The position numbers and the translations under genes are program-made. Shown here in pieces: positions 35,561 to 49,612 of a DNA stretch of 64,000 nucleotides. Location of the stretch: positions 44,890,001 through 44,954,000 of the forward strand of contig NW_024704742.1 in NCBI RefSeq assembly GCF_018977255.1, read 5' to 3'. Below the pieces are notes generated by a model. It was not told where the DNA came from and ran no database searches. It saw only the letters and a list, made by a program, of their open reading frames with translations. Within the stretch, counting starts at the first letter, position 1; every line of letters begins with the position of its first letter. The stretch comes from Callorhinchus milii (Eukaryota).

Positions 35561-37479
35561 ATCAATGCACTGAGAGTGGAAGTCATACTTTTGTTAAAAG
35601 TGGAGTCATCTTGTTTTACGATGTATCACAATATATGTTTGATATAAGAAAAAACATGAATTTAGCGCAGGAGACAAATTTATGGATTAAATAGCACAAT
35701 AAACATTATTAGGGGTGATTTTCCAAAGGTTGATACATTTATTGACAGTGGCAGGTGAGAACGTTGTAATCCTTGTTTAGCTGTACACTTATAGGCCTTG
35801 TTGGTGTTAATTAATGGGATATAAATAGATAGTACCAAGGTCTGTAAGCTTCCTGACATGTTGAGAATTTTCTATATCAATTTAATTGTGCAGTTGGTAT
35901 TAAAATATGCTCAAAATATAAAGCACTGGCAGTGAAAGGCATCAAAATATGAAACATTGAGTACATTAATTTGTTTCTAATAATTGGCTTAATTGGTATT
36001 TTTGAGCTATTAGCATGGTTATTACATTTGAATTATTTGATTGATGGTGTGTTTTCAAGCATTAATAGTATGAGCTTGTATGGGGATACACAACAACATA
36101 CTCTTGTACTGTAGCTTTCACACAAGATACCACCTCAAAAGCTTCACACCAACAGCAACTTGCATGGATATTGAGCCCTTCATACAAGACAGCATTTCCG
36201 AGCACTCAACAGGTGCGGTGTTGATCACTGAGCAGGGTGGGAAGGAAGGGAGATAATAGTGGAGAGTGACCAAAGGCACAGTTGAAGTAATAGATTTGTA
36301 GGAGCATAATATGGGAGAGGACACAGGTGCAGCGCTCTGGATAAACTGGAGCTGGTGAATGATAAGCTTAAGGAGTTTGGTGGGGAGAGAGAGTGAATGA
36401 AAAATCTAATTTAATGATGACACCACCAAGGTTGGTGAATTTATTGATCAGTAGGAAAATAGAGGTGTTCATCTGCCAAGTTTATTACATTTCTTAATGT
36501 TCCCTTAGTTTCCTTTTTTAAAGCAGTGTTTCAAAGACAAGAATGCACAAGTGAGTACAATGAGTTAGCGAGCCTTTGACGGAAGATTGAATGACAGTCT
36601 TTGCAATCCGGCCTAAAATGATTTAAGTGGTAATTAAACTCAGTTATGGCAAAGTCATTTCTTTCATGAATCATGAGCTCGGCCTTCTCTCCAAAGAATT
36701 AGTGTGAATGAATCTGTACTGTTTCTGATTCCTTTAGTTAGAGCATTCCGTACACTTGACTGCCATAACATCTTTTATTCCTGGCAAAAATCATGTCTGA
36801 ATTATATCTATCCGTCTACTAATTCCTGCATGAAGCTCACATCATTAAATAATGAAACTCCTATGGTGCATTGCTCGCCTTACACAAGACAATAATCAAA
36901 GGCCTTATTTTCTGAATGTTGGTAATTTTGACAGGAATTCAATCCTTATCATATTCGAGGGCTCATGGCATTGAAACTAGTTTTGTAGTTTTTAATCTTA
37001 AGGTGTAGTTTAAATTTTCATTACTATTTTATGAAACATTGCTGGTGCAGATTAACTGCTCCATTTGCCTACAAAACAGGAGTTAATACACTTCAAAGTA
37101 ATTCATTGTGTAAAGTGCGTTCAGAAGTTTTGATGCAAAAAGACACTGTATCAAAAGCAAATGCTATCATTATTTATTATAGAATCATCCCAAATGCCAT
37201 AGGCAAAGTCACTCATTTCCTTACATTATTCCCTCTGCTGTCTATTTAATTCTGTATATATTATTATTTTACTTCTGATTCCCTTGCTTTAAGCCCTCTG
37301 TCGTCACTTAGACTGCTTCAGTTCCCTTAATGTTTCTTCTTGTTAAGAATTAGAGGTAAATTAAGCCACTAAAGTCACAGAACAAAAAGCCAGGATAACA
37401 TAATTCAATAATGGAGTGAGAAGTGATAGTGGACAGACATTAATTCATCTTCTAGTCATATTTCTTAGCTGGAAAAAGC

Positions 37480-38070
37480 ATGTCTCGGGAAACCCAGGTG
37501 ACCTAAATAAGTGAGAACAAAGTGCTCAGTGACTGGAGGGGTAAAGAAGCCAATCAATAAGGCTAATGGGATGCTCGGTTGTATAACAAGTGTCCGGAAT
37601 ATAAAAGCAAGCAAATGGTGCTCCAGTTAGATAGAACATTGGTCAACCTCATTTTGAGTATTGTGTTTAGATTTCGTAACCCAATCTCAAGAAAGGTATA
37701 ATTACCTTGCTGGGCGCTCAGTGACTCTTCACTGAATTAATATCTAAAGCTTATCTGTGATGGAGCAATTGGATAGCTTAGGGTTATATTCCTTAGAACC
37801 AAAAAGGCTTCAGGGGTGATCTCATTGAGTTGTTTAAGATAATGAAGAAGTTTGACAAGCTACATAGTGGGTGACTCTTCTCTATGGTATCCCAAACAAG
37901 AGGACATAACCTTAAAATTAGAACTAAACTGGTTCAGAAATAGCGAGTTGTGAGAATGTGGATTGCAATGACGCTTTCCAAAATCAATCAAGTGTTTCAA
38001 AGTGAGATAGATGGATACTTGGAAATTAATGGTATTAAGAAGTGTGGAGGGAAAGTGGGGAAATAGGATT
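37480..38070 (+). mobile_element. CR1 LINE fragment (RT C-terminus)
   Basis: aaggctaatgggatgctcggttgtata (KANGMLGCI), cctcattttgagtattgtgtt (PHFEYCV), aggggtgatctcattgag (RGDLIE). Confidence 0.9.
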
Positions 38071-38089
38071 AAAATATCAACAGTTATAG

Positions 38090-38455
38090 TAATATTAATC
38101 CTTGCAATTAATATAGTGCATTTCATATCAGGATGATGCCACAAAGTGCTTTCAGCAAAGGATTTACTGTAACGTGTTGTGATCATGTATTCTGTAAGAT
38201 AATGCAGCAGCCAATTTGCACTGAAATGTCCTACAGTCTGGAAGTAAATGACCAATTTTATAGGAAGGATTGTTGACAAGAACACCTGGAGAAACACCCT
38301 CCTCTATTTGAACAATAATGTGGCATCTTTAATGTCCATCTGAACAAGTAGACTGAGTCTTGGTTAATATCCAATTCTAAGGATTTAATGCAACATTCCT
38401 GCAAGTGTCCTCTTACAAATCAACATGCAAGTGCCAACTGAGTCAGCTTGATACC
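38090..38455 (-). mobile_element. Deu-domain SINE, degenerate
   Basis: Tail aatccttgca; gcagccaatttgcac; atctttaatgtccatctgaaca. Confidence 0.75.
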
Positions 38456-39097
38456 TGAGAGCAGGACCATTAAAACAGAATCCAAAATAGTGGCATTTAA
38501 AATTTTCAAGTGCAAACTTTGTGAATTTAAATTTACAGATTTAGGGGTATAATCCATGTGATATGTCTTAATAATATATTTTAAAAAGGAAGCTTGTTCG
38601 ATTTCCCATTGGCCAATGGGAGCTTCATTGCCAAATTAAATCACATTGAAGCAAAGTTCCTAAAAGGACTTGCTAAGATATATCATAAGTCACATCCCTC
38701 ACTCTGAAGCACTACAGCTCCAATTACATTTTTTAACGTGAAACTCACAAAGTGCTGTGTTATAGTCTGATGTACTCAACGGAATCCTTATGTGATAATG
38801 AATTGGAACATATTGGAACATATTTTCCACATTATTTGTTAATTTACTGCATCTTTACTACTGCCGTCCTCCAAAGTACTTCTGCTGAGTCTTGCAGGTC
38901 GAGGTTTTGTAAAGGTCTATGAGCTTCCAGAGCTACATTTAACATAATTGATGTGTTGAAGAGGATATTTCAATGAGTGTTGAATCTTGTTGAATTAGTG
39001 CTGTCAGCAAAATGAGAAACAAAACAAGCCGGGAAAGATAGAAATGATAATTAAAGCATGGAGAGTAAAGCATTAATTCAGATATCGATATATGATT

Positions 39098-39175
39098 TCA
39101 TAGAATGATAGAATGTCACAGCACAGAAGGAGGCCATTTGGCCCATCGTGCCTGTGGCGGCTCTTTGGAAAGCTA
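39098..39175 (-). mobile_element. CR1 3' end
   Basis: tcatagaatgatagaatgtcacagcacagaaggaggccatttggcccatcgtgcctgtg. Confidence 0.85.
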
Positions 39176-40280
39176 ACTGCGCCTTCCAATGGATGTTGTC
39201 CTGTTATGCTCCGCAGGTCCGCGACTGACAACCATTTGACCTATTGCGTGACATTGCACATGTACTGAACACTAACTGGTAGCACATAGGTCAAAAATCA
39301 AACAGAATCTGTGGAAAGTCACTTAATACCGACAGAGATGAACCTTTCCTCGGGCAAGTTTCTAATTTGTGATACGCACTTTTCAGAAAAGCATAAAACA
39401 CATAATTTTTCTTAATGCTTTGGAATACATTTAATAGAGCCTGCCTCAGGGCCAGTTACTTCAGTTTCATGAGTAACTTTCAATGAATCTCTCATTTTAT
39501 TATCTGTGAATATTGTGTCTCTTCTCTTATAGGAAATGAAATAGTCACGCTGGTCATTCCAACAATGGGCATTTCATCTGAAATATTCAAATAAAGATTT
39601 TTTTTATATAAAGCAGGGTGATTGCGGCACTAGGGTTGACCAAAAAGACAAGGCCTCTATTGAACAAAGCTGCAATTAATTTGTCAGATACAGAACGTCC
39701 TGTATTTCAGTTTTTAGATGTTGAGGGCAAAAGCATTTAAGTCCGTTCACGTCATCAAAGGTCACAGAGATGTTTGGTTTCAAAAGCAACAAAGAATGTT
39801 ATTTAATTTCTCTAGCAGCTTGTGGGTTTGCAAACTTACATTTCCACATAATTTCCCACTGGAATGTACCAAATTCAAGAACAGTTTTAAACTCTGTCCC
39901 TTAAAATGTATTTCCTTATTCACAAAGATTCCTTGGCTCTGGACTGGCAAGAACCATTAAACTTAGCCAAAGTGTTCTATTTCAGGACTGACTTTGAAGA
40001 GGTTTAAAGAGACCAATTTACAGTATTTTTTCGTATCAATGTTCTGAGAGACAAAATGTAATTTCAGTCATTACAGTTTAGCAGTGCTGAAATGAATACT
40101 GCTAGTCAGTTTAAACAGTAAAATATTTTGAGTGTTTATAGTCACTCCAAGTAAGGCATAGATTCAATCAACTAAAGGAGACTGGAAGTCAAATCTGCCA
40201 CATATCCGGTCTATCCTCTGATTATAAGTCTCTACATTGAAGTAAATCTGTGCAATTCAATTTCACCTTAAATTTAATTG

Positions 40281-41257
40281 CCTTGGTGACATCATCCGCA
40301 GACATGGGGTCAATTTCCACATGTATGCGGATGACACCAAACTCTATCTCTCTGCCTCCACCTTCAACTCCAGGATCACTGCTGTCCTGACAGAATGCCT
40401 GTCAGACATCAAGTTCTGGATGAGAGCTAACTTTCTACAGTTGAACATCAACAAGACCGAGGCTTTCCTGTGCTTATATTCCTTAGAACAAAGCCCTCCC
40501 GTTAGTGCCTCCACACCTCAGGGACTGAGAGTATCACCATCCAAGGATGCATATTCCACCTACTAAGCCAGTCCAGACCCTCAAGTCGCCTTCCTACCAC
40601 ACATCCGTGCCATGACCCACTTTGTTTTCCCCTGCCTTCGCAACATCGCTGAGTCCGCCACTGTCTCACACCGCAGGCCACGAAAACCCTCATACACATA
40701 ACATTCAGGCTTAACTACGCAAAACCTGCTTGTTGGCCTCCCCAACTCTTCCCTCCATAGGCTGCAGGTCATCTAGAACTCTGCAGCACGTATCCTCTTC
40801 CACTCCAGGCTCCATGACCCTATCATCCCCAACCTCTCCTGACTCCACTGGCTTCCCATCGCACAGAGGATATAGTTCAAGATCCTGGTCCTCACCTTCA
40901 AGGCCCTCCATGGTCTTGCTCCCACCTACATCTGCGACCTCCTATCCTCCTAGCAACCTGTCTGCTCCATACTCTCAGTGGGCTCCGGCCTGCTTCACGT
41001 TCCCCACCTTGGGCAGGCAGGCCTTCTGACACTCTCTGGAACTCCATCCTGCAGTCCCTCTGTCTCGCCTCCTCTCTTTCCTCCTTCAAAGTACCCATCT
41101 CAAGACCCTTCTCTTTGACCGTGCCTTCAGTTACCCTCCTATCCCCCCGCCCCACCCCTGCTCCCCACCCTCCCCACTCCCAACACCAGCTTGGGTCCAA
41201 ATCACTGACTGTCCAGTTTACAAATGTAAAGGTTACAAATGTAACTTTGCTGCTGTT
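40281..41257 (+). mobile_element. L2, 5'-truncated with multiple deletions
   Basis: MYADDTKLYLS...CLSDIKFWMRANFLQLNINKTEA; remainder of ORF2 3' region; the tail lacks the hairpin. Confidence 0.92.
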
Positions 41258-41595
41258 CAAGATTTTCTCCTTTGAAATCCATGCTTGGCAGTAATTATTA
41301 TTATATTGACTAGTTGTGAGACTATTTCTGCAACTTCCTCCCTTTCTGCTATTGTAGTTAATCAAAACACAATATTTTAATCAAACTAATGTGTCTGTTC
41401 ATAGCCCGCCTCAAGACTTCCTTCTTAGAAGATGCTTTTGATCATATTCTCCCCCCACTCACCCCCCCCACCCTCTTTGTCTCCTATCGCACCGCAGCCA
41501 GCAGTATGAAATAATTCGAGACATCTTCTTAAAGTCTTCCCAATGTAAAAGGAACTATATAAATGTTAATTGTATTAAATTGTGTCTCTATAATG

Positions 41596-41820
41596 GATTG
41601 GCAAATCACTTTTCCATTGATAATAATCCCCCCAAAAAACAATAATAATTTGGTCACTCAATCCACGACAGTTGTGGGACACTGCTGTGCACAATTGGCT
41701 GCCACGTTTCGCCCACAAATATACAGTCAATTCACTTTACAGTATATTCTGTGAAGCACTTTGAGATGTCTAGAAGATGTGAAAAGCGCTATATCAAATG
41801 TAAGGATTATTATTATTATA
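41596..41820 (+). mobile_element. tRNA-SINE 3' half
   Basis: gtgggacactgctgtgcacaattggctgcc...aaaagcgctatatcaaatgtaagga(TTA)n. Confidence 0.9.
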
Positions 41821-42095
41821 TCCGCAATAAAGTTCAAATACCTTAGTCAAATATTAATGCTGTTTTTGTTCTTTTTTCCTCCACCAATGTTTTCCATTTG
41901 CTCTTTTCCCAAAGGCATATCACTACAAACAGCTATAAAGTGAATGATCAATTTCATTTGGGGGATTATTATCCAGGACACCGGAGGTGATTGGTGCCAT
42001 GGGATCTTTACATCCATCTGAACATGCGGACAAGACCTTGTGCCTTTACCCCCAGGCTCTTGAGGGGAGCCCTTCTAATGCTATTTTTATCATAT

Positions 42096-42226
42096 TAATA
42101 ATAATAATCCTTGCATTTGATATAGCGCTTTTCACGTCTTCTAGACGTCTCAAAGCATTTTGTGAGCGAAAAGCGGCAGCCAATTGCACACAGCAATGTC
42201 CCACAAACAGTTGCGGATTGAAAATA
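42096..42226 (-). mobile_element. tRNA-SINE 3' fragment with internal deletion
   Basis: Intact hairpin agcgcttttcacgtcttctagacgtctcaaagc. Confidence 0.88.
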
Positions 42227-42511
42227 TACAGGCAATTGGAAGTGCACCAAACTACTCATTTGGTTTACAGAAGCAGTAAAGAGGTTAACTCTATGTTGGT
42301 AGGTTTGCCGCTCCTAAATTCTGGAAAAACTGGGTCAGCTGAAACCGCTGGTCATTTCTTGTCCTGTTTAAAGTTCTCCTTCACTGGGCTGTTTGCAAGC
42401 ACATGAGTGGATTTGACCTCAGTCTTTCCATAAATGGAAGGCTCAGTATCCACTCAGTGGTATTGATTTCTCAGTAGAAACTTAGAAACACAGGAACTAA
42501 GAATGTATAGG

Positions 42512-42797
42512 TTCATAGAATGATAAAATCTTACAGCACAGAAGGAGGCCATTCGATTCATCGTGCCTGTGCCAGCTCTTTGGAAGAGCTACCCAATCAG
42601 TCCCACTCCCGCGCTCTTTCTCCATATCCTTGCAAATTTTTCCATTTCAAATACCTACCTAATTCCCTTTTAAAAGTTGTTATTGAATCTATTTCCACCA
42701 TCCTTTCAGGCAGTGCATTCCAAACAGTAATAACTTGTGTAAAAAAAATGCATTCTTGTCTTCCATCTGATTCTTTTGCCAATTATCTTAAATCTAT
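42512..42797 (-). mobile_element. CR1 3' end
   Basis: FFTQVITVWNALPERMVEIDSITTFKRELGRYL and the CR1 3' UTR. Confidence 0.92.
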
Positions 42798-42862
42798 TTG
42801 AAAGAAAAAGTTCCATCCCAGAATTAATACTTTTTTACAAAAAATAATCTAAAACATCTGAA

Positions 42863-43315
42863 TATTAATCCTTACATTTTTTATATTGTCTTTCACTTCA
42901 GGAGGATGTCTCAAAGCACTTCACATGATTCAATGTAAAGCGTAGTGACTGTGGATTTGTAGGCGAACTTGGCAGTAGATTTTCACACAGCAATGATCCC
43001 AACAACCAACCAGGAAATGAATGGCTCATATTTTATCTGTGGGTTTATTGGCCAGGACACCAGAATGAACTTGGTTCTCTTTTCAAATAGTGCCATGGAA
43101 ATGTCCACCTGACAGGCAGATGGGAGTTCAGTTTATCATTACATCCAAAGGACAGCACTCCCAACAATAAATTGTACCTGCAGCAATACACTGAACCTGC
43201 AGCACTGCGTTGGAGTATCAACCTGAGTGAGTTCATAGTCCCATCATGGGTCTTTGAACCCACAGCCTTCCCACTAAGAGGCGAGAATGGTACCAACTGA
43301 GGCAAGTTGGTACCT
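42863..43315 (-). mobile_element. Deu-domain SINE
   Basis: catccaaaggacagcac core; ttgaacccacagccttcccactaagaggcgagaatggtaccaactgag head. Confidence 0.85.
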
Positions 43316-43559
43316 GGCCTCAGAATAATCTTACACTGCTCTATTTCCCACACTCATCAATTGAATTATTTTATAAAGAGCTACCTAATTTGCTTCCTGA
43401 ATTTGCTGACACAATCTGCCTCCACCAATTGTCTATTCCATGCATTCAAACTTACTGTATAAAATGATTAAATATTAATAGTCTGCTCACTTTTCTGAGT
43501 TGTAGACATATTGAGTTTTATAGACAAAAGGATCAGAGTAGGATCTCATAAACTGGTGG

Positions 43560-43885
43560 AACAGACATCATGAGCGGAATGGCCTCTCCTATTCCCGTTT
43601 TCCTCTTCTGATGTTGAATCTGTATCCTTTTTTACAAATGTGTTGATCATGTTAAATGTATCACTGAGTTTACTTCATATCCTTTAGGATATTCAACTTG
43701 TTATTAAGATTGTCCATTAGCGTTTCTCTCTCCTCATAATTCAAGTGTCTATTTCTAATCCCAGCTTTCGATCTAATTGCCCTCCAATGTACCACCTGAT
43801 AGATATCCTCACTGTTATATGATACCGAGAATTGTACGTAATACTCCAGGTGGGTCAGATCAGTGCTCTGTTACACATTCAGTAT
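43560..43885 (-). mobile_element. Degenerate CR1 fragment
   Basis: ccgagaattgtacgtaatactccaggtgggtc is the reverse of a decayed HLEYYVQF motif. Confidence 0.65.
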
Positions 43886-43888
43886 CAA

Positions 43889-44204
43889 GTGGAGTCCTGA
43901 AGCTCAGTGGTTAGAGCACTCGCTTTGCAAGCGAGAGACCGAGTTCAATTCCAGACAGGACAAAACCTTGGGCAAGTTTCCTTACTCCACACGCCTAATA
44001 ATAATCCCTCCAAAACCAAAAACAATAATAAATTGGTCATTTTCAATCTACGAATGTTTGTGGGACATTGCTGTGCGCAATTGGCTGCCGCGTTCGCCCA
44101 CAAATATACAGTCAATTCACTTTACAATATATTCTGTGAAGCGCTTTGGGACGTCTAGAAGATGTGAAAAGCGCTATATCAAATGCAAGGATTATTATTA
44201 TTAT
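43889..44204 (+). mobile_element. tRNA-Ala-derived SINE, short form, full length
   Basis: Close to the 5923-6241 copy; followed by an older SINE tail at 44215-44375. Confidence 0.95.
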
Positions 44205-45539
44205 AAGTTCAATTATGTTATGTCTGTTTGTGGGATATTGTTATGCACAAATTCGCTGCCGCATTTGCCCACAAAACAGTCAATCCACTTTACAGTATAT
44301 CCTGTGAAGCACTTTGAGATATTCACCCACATGAAAGGCACAATACCAAAGGCAAGGATTATGATCATTATTATCATCTCCTATGCTATATCCCTTTTGT
44401 TGTCCACCTTAAGATCTTATTTGCTTTCTTTATTGCGACTGCAAACTGTGCTAATAGTTGTTGTCATCTATACATTCATACTGCCAAATCCCTCTCCTCC
44501 ATTTTGTCCTTTTGACTAGTATCTCCTTCAGGAGGGAGAATTTGGCTGTTTATGAACAGGTAAATACCATTGCACATAGCAGACATGTCCCTATTTGATT
44601 GATTTCAACCCATCTGTCATTCTCCTAACAGAATAGGGAAAAAGGGTGAATAATGAGAGAAAACATCTCTGAGATTTGTCGAGTTCTGTGATTTCAGTTT
44701 ATTATGCTGGGCATAGTGGGAATTATTTTGTGTGTTTATTTTCAGGGACAGTGCTGAAGGATGTGTTATTTTCAGTTACCTATTGCAACCTTGGCTTTTT
44801 TTTAATCTATTACTAACACAATTGATGTTTCACAAACTCACACAATTTCTTAAAAGCACTCAGTAGAGAAGTGACTCCAAGAAACTGTAGAAAAAGATTG
44901 TATTTAGCGCAACATAGTTTACATATGCAGGCACTCTTAACAAGTTCAATTCCAGTTCAAAGTCTCTACAGCTTTGTGCAATTTCAGAACCTTTTAGTAT
45001 TAGGGGAAAGCTCTTACACTGAAAAAACAGAGAATAAAAGACTTGAGACTAGATGTTGCTATGACCCTTGGCAATTATCTGAATGTAGCAGGGGGATTGA
45101 AAAAGAAATGTATATGCAGTGAGATTACTTCCTCGCGTTGTTATACTCCTATAATAATGCTCCATAAGAAACTTAAAAAATGACTATGAATGTAACTGGA
45201 AGACACAATAATGGGAAAGATGCTAAAGCACCCACATTCTACCCCATCGCCTCCAACTTCTCAGTCCTCCTCTCCTCCTTTAACCTCCATAACAAATCCT
45301 CCACCCATAAATGAGGCTACCCCTTGCTTACTTGCTCCCATGAAATTTAGAACTATCTCCCACCTCATCTACTCCCCCTGGTACAACAGTCATGTTAGTT
45401 TCCTTGAATCTGGGTGCCTGAGTACAGATGGCACAAAAACACTTTTGTGGTGCTCCACCAGCTGTGTCTCAAACACATTTGAACCTCCTTGGCTCCCATC
45501 AATGTCTTCTCACCTACGGCTCAGACCTTCTTAACCACT

Positions 45540-45812
45540 ATTTCTCAGAATTACTGAATCTGTGCGTAACCTAGGTGACAGATTTAATCTGAAGCTATCC
45601 TTCCTACCCCACATCCACTCCCTGACTAGGACTGCTTTTCTCCACCTCTGCCACATTGCTCACCTCTGACCATACCTCATATCTAATGCAACTGAAGCCC
45701 TCATCTGTGCATTTATCACCTCCCACCTCATTTTTTCCAATGCTCTCCTTACGGGCTTCCCCAGTTCTCCATTCATGTGCCTCAGTTTGGTGCTTCCATA
45801 CACTGCAGCTGA
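45540..45812 (+). mobile_element. Old L2 fragment
   Basis: gtgcgtaacctaggtg, tccttcctaccccacatccactcc, gaagccctcatctgtgcatttatcacctcc. Confidence 0.8.
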
Positions 45813-46179
45813 CGTCTTGGCCAAGGTGGCTCAATAGCTTTTAGTTAAGGGTAACAATCACTTTCTCTGCTCATGGGTTGTGAATTTAGGCCTAAAAGAC
45901 AAAAATCACAAGCCAATAATCCACACTAAGAGGTAGAGATGAAGGGGAGAGGGTCTACAACCAGCCTTGCTTAATTCAGTCTTACTGAATTAAAACTTGA
46001 CAATATCTATATCACTGAATTTACCATCTTGAGGAATTATTTATTTAAGTTTGTCCTCATTCTTCACTCACTTTTTCTTCTCCTCCATTGTTATTACTGT
46101 TTGGTGTTCCTGCTGTTATAATACCTCATTTCCTTATTTCATGGTCCTATGTCAAATTTGAATCACATTGTAATTCCAG

Positions 46180-46540
46180 GATGGTGAATCTTTGTCACCT
46201 GAGCAATAAACAGATGAGTAACCACTGAGTAATCTGAAACAGCCGTACAGATGCCAGGCTCAGTTTCAGGAGATCTATAATTAACCCCAGTCCTCATGGA
46301 CACCCAAAGCAGGGTGGGAAATTCAGGCTAGGTTCCTGGGCTCCCACTCCTGACTATTATCTAATGACTCCTGCTTTAAATTGCTTGTGTGTCTGCATTG
46401 GGTAAGAACAGGATTGATTTTGGCAGGGTTGCTTGTTGTGGTTGAATACCTCTTTACAACCTTTATCTGTACTTATAGATGAAAAATGACAGCTTTATCA
46501 AGGTAGCAGAGAACTTCTGACCAGTGCACTTGATATCAGA
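46180..46540 (+). mobile_element. Ancient SINE-like repeat
   Basis: ctcctgactattatctaatgactcctgct, gggtaagaacaggattg. Confidence 0.55.
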
Positions 46541-47399
46541 TCCTAAAAAAGACTTAGAAAGATTGGAAGGAATGCTTGGAAGAAGTTGAATTGATGGGTT
46601 AGAAACAGATCAACACAGCGCTGGGAGTAACAGTGTATTTTCATAAAAATAATAATCCTTTCATTTGATATAGCACCTTTCACATCAGGAGGATGTCTCC
46701 AAATGCTTCACTGGATATTACCGTAAAGCTGAGTGACTCTGTAATCTGCAAACTTACACAGCAGCCAATTTGCACACAATTTTGTTTAATACTCAGGATT
46801 CCTAACTTGATTCAAATTCAAAATTTTGCCAGTATTTATTTAGTTATTTACCAGATCAGTTTGCCAAAGTCGCAACTTCCAGCTGTTAAATATCATATCT
46901 ATTTATTTTAGGTCTGCTTTTCACAAGTTTCGTAGTTGAATAGCAACTTGTTCCTATTAACCTTTCCGATAATCCTCTTAATTTTCCCTTTTGTTTCAGT
47001 TATTTTCATTTCGTATGCTTTCCATTCTGTCACTTTATCAGGTTTGTCTGCACTTTTGGTGCCATTTACAGAGTATATAAGCATTGGAATCTTTCAAGGT
47101 GATGGCTGCAAAGTATCTCTTCAATAGGAGATCAGCAATCGCTCTTACTGTGTGGATTCACTAACTACTCGCTCAATCAACTTCCTTTAAACACTGTGAC
47201 TCAGTAAACAGAAGGTGCCCATGCTGTAGGAATTAACAGCCGGATCTTCACCCACCAACAGGCATCAAGAACTCTGAACGTGACTTGTTAAATACAACCT
47301 TCAGAAAGTGAGTGGGTTCAAATATCTATTGACATGAGAATATAATCTGTTGAAAGTGAATTGCCTCACTCACTTGTAATAATAAAAATGATAAAATGA

Positions 47400-47852
47400 T
47401 TAATAATTCTTTGATATAATTTTCACATCAAAGCACTTCACCAGTTTTTACTATGAAGTATAGTGAATGTGTAGTTTGAAAGGCGAACACAGCAGGCAAT
47501 TTGTGCACAACAATGTCCCAGAAACAGCCATGAAAGAAGCGCTCTGAAACGCCGTCCGGCGTGGAGGGCGCTATATAAATCCAAGTTGTTGTTGTTGAAT
47601 GATCAATATTTGGCCAGGAAACCGAAAGAAATTCCCTTCTCTTTTCAAATAGTGCTATGGCATGTTTAACCTGAACGGGCAGATGGGACCTGAGTACAAA
47701 ATCTCATCCAAAGGATGGCACCTCCAACAATACATTGCATCCCTAGCACTGCACTGTCAGCCTAGACCATATGAGACTATGAGGTTTCAACCCATAAACT
47801 TCTGAATCAGAGGTGAGAGTGCTGCCAACTAAAACACAACCTAAGATGACAC
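47400..47852 (-). mobile_element. Deu-domain SINE with nested plus-strand mini-tail (47536-47597)
   Basis: atctcatccaaaggatggcacctccaacaat core; tcagaggtgagagtgctgccaact head. Confidence 0.88.
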
Positions 47853-49289
47853 CTAAATATTGGGATTGAAGTGGATATCCAGCCTTCCACTTTGTCCAAA
47901 GTCAATCATTTGTTTCTGATCCTCCTCTTCCCACTCCCCAAATAATAGATTTGAGGAATGATGTACCTTAGAAATGCTTACGACCTTTTTGACACAAGAG
48001 AGGTCTGCTGAAGATGTCTGGATTAACTGAATATACTTGAATATTTCACAAATGTACTGAGTGCAAATGTGGTAGCAAAAAATGCAAGGACTACATATTA
48101 CAAATGAGTTAACTAGGTCATTCAGCTATTCAGAATATAAGCAGAGTTACAATGACAAAGCAAACATTCCATGACCAAAAGTATTCCATCTATTTTCTTC
48201 CCTTTTGCTGCCATGAATCCCTCTTATAGATAGAAAAGAATGTCTGCTGTCTGGGGCTCTGAAGTCTACATATGGGCATGAAGGTTGCTTCGTGACAGCT
48301 TGAGAGGAAGCAAATGATGTCAGCATTCAGATAACATCAATATTTTTTCCTCCAGAAATGAAGCATTTTGCCATAATGAGACACTTCATCCAATAGTCTG
48401 GCTAAAATCCTGGCAAAACTCTATTTCAACACAGGCAAATAGAGATGACTGATGCAGCACTCTATGTAACTCCAGCAAGCAGGGCCCTGGTTGGCAGCCA
48501 AATGCTCTGCATTATCGGGTCACTGAGTGTTTTCAATTTTAAAAGGTCTTAAGCTGAGCCTGCATCAGAGCAGAACTATTAGGACAAAGAATGTAATGAA
48601 ACACATTTGCAACGTTGCTCGGTATAGTAAAAGTGCATTAAAGTGCATGTCTTTCCTATTAGGCAAAGGGTTAATCTAATGCTTGTAAAGTCAAGGGTTT
48701 TGTAAAAGAAAAGAAATTGGAGGTCAGAGTATGAAATGAATGTTTCTGTGAGAGTTCATTGTTGCCTTATGGGGATTATGTAGCAGGTGTGAGTGTAATG
48801 CTAAGGCTGAGTAAATGCCAGAAGATGGATACATTATGGTCATGACTCAAGTTATAAGATGACAAATATAAGCAGGATAATGGAAATTGTTCCAGGAGTG
48901 TTGTTTGCCAGAAGCCATTGGTCGATAGCAGCATCTGCACAGTCGCAAAATAAAGCGTACACTGACAGAAATTAGTTTGTCTCACACTCTAAGGTATAAA
49001 ATCCAATAACTAAAAGACTGGTTGTTATAATTGATGAACTGTCTATTTGAGGAGAACAAAAAACAATTTAGAAGAATTGTAATGTTTTTCCTAAGATTTT
49101 CTAAACATATGTGTTCCAAACATTGTTTAATGAGTCCTCATCAAATTATTACGATGCTTTCCTAAACGTCTTGTAGATATGGTCTGCCAAATATTATTCT
49201 TTTAAGAATTGACAATATTTTGTACTAAAATCTGAACAGAATTTTTCTTTTCCAATAAATATCATAAAGAACAAATTGAGGCCTTACAC

Positions 49290-49612
49290 ATAATAATAAT
49301 AATAATAATAATAATCCTCGCATTTTGATATAGCGCTTTTTCATGTCTTCTAGACGTCTCTAAGCGCTTCACAGAATATTGTAAAGTGAATTGACTGTAT
49401 ATTTGTGGATGAAACGCGGCAGTTAATTGCGCACAGCAGTCTCCCACAAACAGTCATGGATTGAAGTGACCGATTTTTTTTTTTTTTTTTAAGAATTATT
49501 ATCAGGCATGTGGAGTAAGGAAACTTGCCCAAGGTTTTGCCCTGTCAGGAATCGAACCCAATCCTCTCGCTTGCAACGCGAGTGCTCTAACTACTGAGCT
49601 ACAGGACTCTAC
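49290..49612 (-). mobile_element. tRNA-Ala-derived SINE, short form, full length
   Basis: (TAA)n tail; ggaatcgaacccaatcctctcgcttgcaacgcgagtgctctaactactgagctacaggact head. Confidence 0.95.

Noticed and set aside
39235..39295. miRNA-like hairpin (tttgacctat...ataggtcaaa), superficially like the miR-192/215 seed
   Set aside because: Only about 10-13 bp pair, and the arms do not match mature sequences I know beyond the seed.
43863..44519. 218-aa ORF
   Set aside because: Read-through of two adjacent SINE sequences; similar peptide pieces recur in other SINE copies.
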